Below, in pieces: positions 56,182 through 64,000 of a stretch of 64,000 nt of DNA. This DNA comes from Nitrosopumilaceae archaeon. Its GTDB lineage: Archaea > Thermoproteota > Nitrososphaeria > Nitrososphaerales > Nitrosopumilaceae. The notes beneath the pieces were generated by a model, which was given only the letters and a program-made list of their open reading frames with translations, searched no databases and had not been told where the DNA came from. A program made the position numbers and the translations under genes. The stretch spans positions 2,560,001-2,624,000 of the forward strand of contig CBDCCK010000002.1 of NCBI GenBank assembly GCA_965214835.1, in the 5' to 3' direction. Each line of letters starts with the position of its first letter. Position 1 is the stretch's first letter.

Positions 56182-57104
56182 CACGATACGGCCGGCACGA
56201 TTCGATCAGGGCGACCAAGCGGTGCATCAGGATGAAGGCGGACTCGGACTGGCCGCAAAGCGGGCCTGTCCGCGGGTGGATGTACATGCTGGGCGCATCA
56301 TGCGCCGGTGAAGGCAAGGGTCGCCACCACGACGTCAGGAATCTTCCCTATTTCGAGATTATGGAGGCTGCAAAGGCCGACACAACCACGAATCTCGGCA
56401 GGACGCATGCACAAAGCGGACACGTGACAGCATTGAATGTGTACGTCGGACAGGTCAGTGCGTGGGTGCAGGAGCCAGGGGAATTTACATGCAGGGTGGA
56501 CATGTGGATCGACGTGATTAACACGCCCGCGTGGAAGAGGCTGGCAGAGTCGCTGTCCACGCGGCCGGACATGGCCTCAGAAATCCTTACAAGAAGGATG
56601 CCCGACCACATAGAGTATGCATTCGAGTCAGCCGGCCTGCGCCTCTTTCCCACAAGGGACGAGATCAAGGTCGAGTGCCTGTGCAGTGACGGGGCCAAAC
56701 TGTGCAGACATGCCATGGCCGCCTTCTTCGTGCTTGCCCAGGAGTGCGAACACAATCCCTTCTTGATGTTCGCGCTGCGCGGGTGCGATATAACGGATCT
56801 GCTGGAGGCGGCAGGCCTCAGCCCCACTCCAGAGGCGATGCCGGAGATCAGCAGTGATCCCGACGAGCCGACATCTGAGCCCCTGCCTGCGGATCCGGAC
56901 GTCTTCTGGGGCAGGAATGCGGACGCATACGATCACGGGGACGCGTTTATCCTCGCCACAAACGCCGTGGCACCCAAGATGCTCGGGGAGTTCCCGTTCT
57001 GGCAGGGCAGCGACGACTTTACCCCGATAATAGAAAGGATATACCGCGAGGCGTCCCAGGACGGCATGAGGCTGTTCCGGGGGGAGCCGCGCGACGGCAT
57101 CTAA
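56178..57104 (+). CDS. SWIM zinc-finger protein
   Basis: CLCSDGAKLCRH, PFLMFALRG; ATGA overlap with SNF2. Confidence 0.9.
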   Translation: MTRYGRHDSIRATKRCIRMKADSDWPQSGPVRGWMYMLGASCAGEGKGRHHDVRNLPYFEIMEAAKADTTTNLGRTHAQSGHVTALNVYVGQVSAWVQEPGEFTCRVDMWIDVINTPAWKRLAESLSTRPDMASEILTRRMPDHIEYAFESAGLRLFPTRDEIKVECLCSDGAKLCRHAMAAFFVLAQECEHNPFLMFALRGCDITDLLEAAGLSPTPEAMPEISSDPDEPTSEPLPADPDVFWGRNADAYDHGDAFILATNAVAPKMLGEFPFWQGSDDFTPIIERIYREASQDGMRLFRGEPRDGI

Positions 57105-57195
57105 CGGTACGTCACGGAGCGGGGCCCGGGGGGCGAGACCGTCCACCGGCACCACCCGCCGAAAGCATTATTTTCCAGCGGATTCCAGAAAGGGC

Positions 57196-58233
57196 GTGCC
57201 CTCCTTTGACGACTTTACCGAGTGCGAGTTTGAGAGGATATTCCTAAACATCCTGAATCTGACTTCCAAGGACAACACGTACAAGTTCGCCCTCGCCCGG
57301 TTCCTCCTGGATTACAGCAGAGAGCACGGGCCCCGGGGGGCGCACGTCGGGTTCCATACCATGGCAGAGTACTTTCTCAGCTACTATTGGCCGCAGGTCT
57401 GCAAGCTAAAGATGAAGCACGCCCCGCAGTCGACGAAAAAGCCGATGATAGTCAGCATAATAGAGAAGGAGTTTGACAGGCCGTACTATCCACAGGCATA
57501 CCCCCAGATACTGGCCGAGGAGCCAGAAAGGATCAACAGGTGCGTAGAGTCGATCGTGAAGAGATGTTTTCACAACGTGACATGGAGGTTCCAGCGAATA
57601 AGGACGAACGGGGCGACCGAGGTAACGGCGTTTTACAGCTATACCATCAAGAGGGTCGTCAACCGCAACAAGAAATACGTGGATCTCGACGCTGGCATAA
57701 CGCTCAACCCCGAGGCGATGGCGTTTCTCAAGAAATACAACGTCGTCCTGCTAAAGGCAACAATACTGGAATGGGCCCGATTCCTTGAGCAGATGAACCT
57801 GGGACTGCCAAAGATAATCACAAAGACGGAGGGAAAGAGCATTTCAAGGAGGGGCCTCTCAAGGTACAAGCGGAGGCTAAGGCCGCTGTTTGAAAGGTGC
57901 TTTTACTGTAACGGCGTCCTAGAGGAGGGATCAAAGACGCACGTGGAGCACGTGATACCGTTTGACTATATCGCAGAGGACAACATATGGAACCTTGCCC
58001 TGGCATGCAAGCCGTGCAACATGAGGAAGCTCGGCGCCCTGCCCCCAATGAAGTTCATAGAAAAGATCACAGACAGGAACCGCAGGTACAGGGAGGCGAT
58101 ACCGGGCCTGGACAGGTCACTGCGCAGGCTTGACTCGGACTTTGGACGCATAATAAGGAACCATTACGAGACGGCCAAATCCCACGGGTACATGGTCCTA
58201 GAGAGATTTCCGGACTCTGGTCCTGCAGGATAG
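57196..58233 (+). CDS. HNH endonuclease
   Basis: NTYKFAL N-terminal domain; CFYC...HVEHVIP...NLALACKPCN..K. Confidence 0.9.
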   Translation: MPSFDDFTECEFERIFLNILNLTSKDNTYKFALARFLLDYSREHGPRGAHVGFHTMAEYFLSYYWPQVCKLKMKHAPQSTKKPMIVSIIEKEFDRPYYPQAYPQILAEEPERINRCVESIVKRCFHNVTWRFQRIRTNGATEVTAFYSYTIKRVVNRNKKYVDLDAGITLNPEAMAFLKKYNVVLLKATILEWARFLEQMNLGLPKIITKTEGKSISRRGLSRYKRRLRPLFERCFYCNGVLEEGSKTHVEHVIPFDYIAEDNIWNLALACKPCNMRKLGALPPMKFIEKITDRNRRYREAIPGLDRSLRRLDSDFGRIIRNHYETAKSHGYMVLERFPDSGPAG

Positions 58234-59055
58234 CAGGTAAAAAATCCCCCCAGACAGGCTTGTGATGCGGGACCGTCATGCTACGACGCAGGCCGGATCG
58301 TTAACTATTATAGGATTCTATAACAAACGGATTCGCTATTATAGGAAACGGCGTTTTTCTTTAATTGGGTATTGTTTTGGACTCTAGTTTGGCCGTGACA
58401 CGATCCTGAATGTCCTCAGGGAGTTTCTCCCACTTGAACACGCTGAACTTGAGACCCATGATGATGTCGGAGACCGACAGGTATTCGTTATCACAATGGG
58501 ATGCAAACGTATTCTTTATGTTTCTCTCAGATGAACTCGACGTGACCATTTTTCTTAACCCTCACTATGGTTTCTTGGTCGTACTTGCTTTTAAGTGTCT
58601 TAAGAGGGTAATCGGTCAGGTTGGGCACAAGGCCAATTTTTGATCACCGCGAGATCCACATGGACTCAAGCCGTATCTGGGTTCACTGTCTGATTAGGAG
58701 ACCAAGATACTGCGCGACGAGCTGGCCTGCGTCATAACGGAGAGCGACAAGGGGGGGAAGAAATCCCACCACGCAGCTTGCCGAGGCCACGGCGAAAATC
58801 TCCATGCAGAAAGTCAGGCAGCCCTATCAAAAGATGCAACAGCTCGGACTCGAAGCCGTTCCTGATTTCAGACATGAATCTGTCCTAGTGGGCCTCCGGG
58901 GTGGCAAAGCTCACGTCTGAGCTTCCAGAGCCCGAGCTGTTGCCTACAAACTACAAGTCATCTGTAAAGTTGCTTGACAAATCTACAAAAAGATCCGGAC
59001 ATTTGCACGGCTTCTAATTATGAGCCACTTCTCAATACTGCCAAAACAAAACATT

Positions 59056-60291
59056 TCATCGCGTAGGATCCATCACTCTGCCCATAAACAGAATCTGTTC
59101 TGAATGATTATCTTGTATTATGTACACAAATGGATGATTCGCCCTGAATATGACTGGCGGCCCTGATTGGAGTTTTGCCATGGTACCGGTAGCCGCTGCG
59201 GCCTCCGTGCCTAATTCATTTACCTCGACTGCAGCCTTGTGAGCTGCCTTGTCTATGTAGATTCCCGGATAGTCTGCAATGCCGCCAAGATCTGCCTTGT
59301 CTTTATCAAAAGGCAAGTCCATCCCCATCCGTATTAGCAATTTTTTTAGATCATAGTACGCTTCCGCCGTAAATTTTGGGATGTACACCCCTGCCACGGT
59401 TTCTGACAGCTGCGATCTCCATTTTTTCAAGTTCGAGTTTGACATCTCTCTTTCTAGTTTTGAAATCTGATTTTTTTCTGTTGGCAGCATTACTAGCATC
59501 GATATTTTATCGCCCTTGTATGGCAACTCTATGATTTCTACGATATCGTTTTGCATGTGCCTGATGGGGTTCATCTCATTATTCATCATATGAACCGTTA
59601 CTGTCTCGTCGTTGCTTACAAAGAATTCTGATTCCCACGTGAATCCCGGTTCAAAGGGATGCAGCCATTCCCCCTTGAAGTAAATTGCATTTGTAATTGC
59701 AACGAGTGTGAGGATGTCCGTAGATCCTAGTTCAAACAGCTTCTTGATCTTGCCATTTGTCTCTTCGTTTACCCATGAGTTTATTGTGTTTACCCCTTGA
59801 TCTGATACAAAATTCACATTTTGAACAGAGCCATCATAATGGTTTTTTGCAACATCTACGTACCCTGAATTTAATTCGTACTTGTCTGATATCCAAAGCG
59901 CATTTGCAGTATTCAATGAGTATTGAGAATTTTGCACGTTCAGAATCTTTGTTGCGTTGTAGTATTGCCCTCTTCTCTGTGTGTCGTCTAACTCAAAACC
60001 AAACCTGTTTTGCATACTTTCTGCAGTGTCTCCTTTGGCACCTTCATACACCATTGCAAAAACTGCGTCTATGCTGACTGGTGAAAAAAATAGGTTTTCA
60101 TCGCTGTCTGATATGTGTGAATACAGCTCAAAACCAAACTCGTTTGTTTGCCTTGCCAGACTCTCATTTGACCACGATTCATCCGGGCCACTCCGGCCTT
60201 CCGGCGTTATTCGGGCATCTGTATACTCGTACACTAAATACGCACCTAAAATGGCTATGGCCACAGCAATTCCCAGAATCTTTGCATTCAT
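59056..60291 (-). CDS. Serpin with N-terminal membrane anchor
   Basis: NLFFSPVSI, NAIYFKGEW, EVNELGTEAAAAT and FRANHPF. Confidence 0.96.
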   Translation of the reverse strand: MNAKILGIAVAIAILGAYLVYEYTDARITPEGRSGPDESWSNESLARQTNEFGFELYSHISDSDENLFFSPVSIDAVFAMVYEGAKGDTAESMQNRFGFELDDTQRRGQYYNATKILNVQNSQYSLNTANALWISDKYELNSGYVDVAKNHYDGSVQNVNFVSDQGVNTINSWVNEETNGKIKKLFELGSTDILTLVAITNAIYFKGEWLHPFEPGFTWESEFFVSNDETVTVHMMNNEMNPIRHMQNDIVEIIELPYKGDKISMLVMLPTEKNQISKLEREMSNSNLKKWRSQLSETVAGVYIPKFTAEAYYDLKKLLIRMGMDLPFDKDKADLGGIADYPGIYIDKAAHKAAVEVNELGTEAAAATGTMAKLQSGPPVIFRANHPFVYIIQDNHSEQILFMGRVMDPTR

Positions 60292-60381
60292 CCTCAATCG
60301 TTGATCCTGTACCCGACTATTTATGGAGTGTCCGGCTCGTCCAAGGCGTCTTCTGTCTCTAGACAATTTGTACATTGCAGA

Positions 60382-60745
60382 TCACAGGTTCGTGAATAAA
60401 ATCGATCCTCCCCGGATGAACCCTCTGACGTCAAGCTGAATGCTGGAGGCTTTCAGGTATTCTGACAGCCTGTGCCTCATCTCCTCAAACGAGTACTCGG
60501 AGACCGGCACATCCATCCTTGACTTGTTCCAGTACTGCTCCATCCCACTGGCCTCAGGCGCTGCAGCCGGCATGTACGTGGCCCTCAGACGATCCTCGCC
60601 CCTGGTGTAATCACTGCGGTGTATGCCGAGGCGCCCATTACGACATGGACCTTGCCCGTCCGCAGCTCGTCCAGGCGGGCCTTCATGCCGCCCCTCTTGA
60701 AGAGCTGCACCCGACGGCGTACCCAAGTCGCTTACAAAAAACGAT
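60382..60745 (-). pseudogene. IS630 3' remnant
   Basis: YMPAAAPEASGMEQYW resembles the final DDE motif. Confidence 0.6.
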
Positions 60746-60914
60746 GGCCCCACAATCAGTTTCCTATTTTATGGGGTCCACTCCAGAAACAACCCTTTGT
60801 GTGCCACACGTAAAAGCCGGCCCCGATCAGCCACGTATATTATAAAAACAAAAATCAAAGAATTTTTTTATAAAAAAATAATTTTTATAAACTAGGCGTA
60901 CCCTAGTACACAAG

Positions 60915-62168
60915 ATGGGCAATATTTGGGCAGATCTTGGGCTGGATGGCAACCCATATGATCCAAGGCCGCTTTCAATTGATGCACGCGGCAGAAAACT
61001 GTTCGTAGGCCGTGCAAAAACGCTTGACGAGTTTAACATCCTACTAAGCAGTACAGGGGGCGGCATGGTGATAGTTGAAGGCGGAGTCGGGGTAGGCAAG
61101 ACGAGCTTTGTAAACATCTGCCTGTATGACAAGCTCAAATCAGACAGCTATCTTCCCTGTGACAAAATAGAGCTGGATGGCAACATGGACGTTGTCCAGT
61201 TTGTTCTTTCGGTTTTTTCAAACATGTTTCACAGCCTTGAAAAGTATGACAGGACAAAAAGACTGGGCAGGTTTTCAGTACACGGAGAGGCAAGGGTGCT
61301 GTTGAGCCAAACAATCCAGTCCAGCTGGAGTGGCAGCATACAGGTTCTCGGGACAGGCGGGGGAATAGGTAGACAAAAATCCACAACGGCACCGACTGCC
61401 GTTGTCCTCTCATCCATTATTCCGGTCATGAGCAAGTGGGTGAGTCTTGTCACAAACAAGCTGAATTACTCTGCCATCGTTGTTCCAATCAACAACCTAG
61501 ATATTGTCGACGATGCAGATATCGTGGATTTTTTAAATAGGGTAAGGGATACCCTGACTGGGTTCAACGGAGTGTGGTGGGTACTTGTTGGCAAGCCAAA
61601 CCTATTTTCATTGCTTGAAGGAAAGGCAAGCAGAGTAAGTGAAATGATAACTGGAAGTCCAGTCAAGCTAAGTCCATTACCAAAAAAAGAGATACACGAA
61701 ATGATAGAACTACGAATCAAGAACCTTTCAAAAAATAAGATAAAGCCTCCCATTCCGGAAAAAGTAATAGACATTCTTTATGATGTCTCAAAGGGGGAGG
61801 CAAGATACATACTAAAGAGATGCGGCGATCTCATACTCAAGTTTCATGCAAAATTTCCCTCAGAGAAGACAATTCCAGAGAAAACGGCCATCGAGATGCT
61901 GTCCTTCATGGCCAGGGAAAAAATTGAGGCCATCAATCTTTCAAGCTCGGACAGAAAGACGCTGGAACGGATGGCTAAAAAGGGCAGGTTTCAAAACAAG
62001 AGCTACAAGCAGTTTGGCAAGCCATCTGCTCAGAATTTTAACCACCTGACTAAAAAGCTGCTTTCACAGGGATTGATAGCCAGGGAGGAGTCAACCGGCA
62101 GGGATGTATACTATCATACAACGGGGGACGTCAACATGGTTTTTGCAGCCAGGCAAAATGCGCCATAA
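60915..62168 (+). CDS. P-loop ATPase (AAA+-like) with C-terminal winged helix
   Basis: FVGR, Walker A GGVGVGKTS, Walker B-like IVVPINNLD. Confidence 0.8.
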   Translation: MGNIWADLGLDGNPYDPRPLSIDARGRKLFVGRAKTLDEFNILLSSTGGGMVIVEGGVGVGKTSFVNICLYDKLKSDSYLPCDKIELDGNMDVVQFVLSVFSNMFHSLEKYDRTKRLGRFSVHGEARVLLSQTIQSSWSGSIQVLGTGGGIGRQKSTTAPTAVVLSSIIPVMSKWVSLVTNKLNYSAIVVPINNLDIVDDADIVDFLNRVRDTLTGFNGVWWVLVGKPNLFSLLEGKASRVSEMITGSPVKLSPLPKKEIHEMIELRIKNLSKNKIKPPIPEKVIDILYDVSKGEARYILKRCGDLILKFHAKFPSEKTIPEKTAIEMLSFMAREKIEAINLSSSDRKTLERMAKKGRFQNKSYKQFGKPSAQNFNHLTKKLLSQGLIAREESTGRDVYYHTTGDVNMVFAARQNAP

Positions 62169-62295
62169 ACGGCAAGTCTGAAGAAGCCAAACAGATCAAG
62201 CTGGAGAAGGGGGACCATAGTCAACACATAAAAAAACGGACAATTGTGACAATTGTTTTTGATCCAAGGATTAAGATCAGGCAGGCCACGCGCAC

Positions 62296-62694
62296 ATGCA
62301 TGGACACACAGAAAAAGCAACTCGTAGCATCGGGGGCAAGTTCCTGCCAAACACGTCACGCTCCTACCTCCTCAAGGCGTACGAGACCGACAAGAGAAAG
62401 CGCGACAGGCTGCTTGCATACATGCAGCGCAAGGACGGCAGCAGCATATCACAGATAGCAAAGAGCCTCTGCCGGCCAACGTCTGCCATATCAGAGTGGC
62501 TCAACTGCGCACAAGACGGGGGGACACGCGCAAGGCACGAGCGGCCAGACAGGGGACGCAAGCACAAGCTGAGCGAGTCGAAGATGAGCCAGCTTTACGC
62601 GGATCTCAAGGCGGGCCCCGGGGACTGCGGACAATGTCTGGTATTTCAGGAGGGCATGACGGCTTGTCTGAGGGAGCAAGCCCCCCCTCCATGA
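62296..62694 (+). pseudogene. IS630 N-terminal HTH remnant
   Basis: RDRLLAY..RKDGSSISQIA...W...RGRKHKLS. Confidence 0.65.
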
Positions 62695-62903
62695 CGTCAG
62701 AGCCGGGGCACTTTTCACTTGGCTGTTTTAATGAAAGCATTCTAAAAAACAGTCAGTTTGCCTGCTGTCCTGCGCGGCCTGCGCGCACGCCCAGTCCCTG
62801 TACGAGCATGTCCCGCCCGAAATACAGCTACGGCCAGGCCGCAATCCACCAGACACGCGCTTGGGTCACTACACATATTATCTCATTTGGCGCAATGTGA
62901 CGC

Positions 62904-63560
62904 ATGCGAACTCGTGCAGGCAGACAAGGTTCCAGTCTGGCAGGCAGCAGACATGCTGTTGTCGCCTGCACCATTTCTGCATCCCTGTTTCTATTGGCAT
63001 TCATTTTCCCCGCGTCGGCGCCGGCGCTTGCACAGCCGGACCCCGAATACGTTCCCACATGGGTCCGCGACCTCGCCCTGTTGTTTGATAGTGGCGGCAT
63101 CACCGCTGCCGAATTCGACGCGGCGCTGACATACCTGATGAGCAACGACATTCTGGATTTCGGTAGTATAGATCCTTCAGAGGCTGACAATCCAGAGATG
63201 GTCAAGGGAATGATGGTGCGCGTCATAGACGGCAACACGGTGCACATAGACAGCACGAGAATAAGGCTGTCGTTGGTTGACGTAGAGAACAGCGGGGACA
63301 CGGAGGCCCCGCACGCCGTCCTTGCCAGAATCCTGTGCCCGGTTGGCTTGGCGACATATCACGACGTTGACGACATGCAGCCAGTAGACGTGTATGGCAG
63401 GACGGTTGCAGTCGTGTACTGCTCCGGTGCATCACTCAACCAACTGATGGTGGAGTTTGGGCTCGGTTGGATAAACGAGTACTATTGTCCGCGGTCCGAG
63501 TTTCACGACGAGGGGTGGGCGTGGCCATGCGCCGATGTCGTACATGGCAGAGCGGGCTGA
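62904..63560 (+). CDS. Secreted thermonuclease (SNase)-family protein with a thaumarchaeal (I/V)PxW surface domain
   Basis: Signal peptide; VPTWVR...GGIT..EF..ALTYL; VRVIDGNT, IRL..VD and DVYGRTVA. Confidence 0.8.
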   Translation: MRTRAGRQGSSLAGSRHAVVACTISASLFLLAFIFPASAPALAQPDPEYVPTWVRDLALLFDSGGITAAEFDAALTYLMSNDILDFGSIDPSEADNPEMVKGMMVRVIDGNTVHIDSTRIRLSLVDVENSGDTEAPHAVLARILCPVGLATYHDVDDMQPVDVYGRTVAVVYCSGASLNQLMVEFGLGWINEYYCPRSEFHDEGWAWPCADVVHGRAG

Positions 63561-64000
63561 CCGGCTTAGGACCCCCAGCAGATGTGCCGATGCCGCGATT
63601 TTGCGTGCTGGATCTGAAAACGCCCGGTTTTGCCCCAGTACCCCAAAATGCACATGCAAAGTGGTCACGTGATGGGTGCATCATGTAGGGTGGCAAAAAA
63701 CACAGGTTTCGCGTTCCTGATTTAAAATTCATATGGTAATTGATCTGATTTCAAGTGAGCCGCACAACCCGGCGCAAACCTGTGCAGTATCGTGTTTCCA
63801 CAAACGCCTGTTGCCGCAGTCTAGGCCTAGTGCACCTGTGACTTTATGCTCCTGGCAAGCTTGGCCCCGATCCCGCCTATCCGGGCCAGCCTTGCAGTCG
63901 AGACGCCCGGTATGTCGGCGCGTGTTCTGATTCCCTGCCGGTACATCTGCCTTGCCCTTACGCGGCCAACGCCTTTTAGCGAGACAAGATCAACTAGCTC

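Overview
Archaeal DNA, most likely from a host- or sponge-associated Nitrosopumilaceae (thaumarchaeal) genome. This is inferred from two anchored serpins, a Nitrosopumilus-type (I/V)PxW surface-domain protein, DUF2299 and a sulfotransferase. Roughly 1-50 kb is a decaying defence and mobile-element island. It holds IS630, IS5, IS3, IS110, ISH3, IS66, IS481 and IS1595 copies or fragments, at least six MITE families, AbiE, HicAB, RelBE, HEPN and PIN toxin-antitoxin genes, GmrSD-like and HNH nucleases, a TIR-domain protein, R-M fragments and an atypical tRNA. 51-64 kb is more ordinary: small conserved genes, SNF2-SWIM-HNH, a serpin, a P-loop ATPase and a thermonuclease. The top finding is an IS110 element (18786-20234) whose upstream non-coding region folds into a two-loop bridge RNA. 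Its four guide segments match the reconstructed target (GTTATG-CA-ACAGG) and donor (TGTGTT-CA-TCCAT) junctions in this window. The programmed target is the terminal inverted repeat of an IS5-type MITE. All family calls come from motif recognition by eye; no database searches were run.
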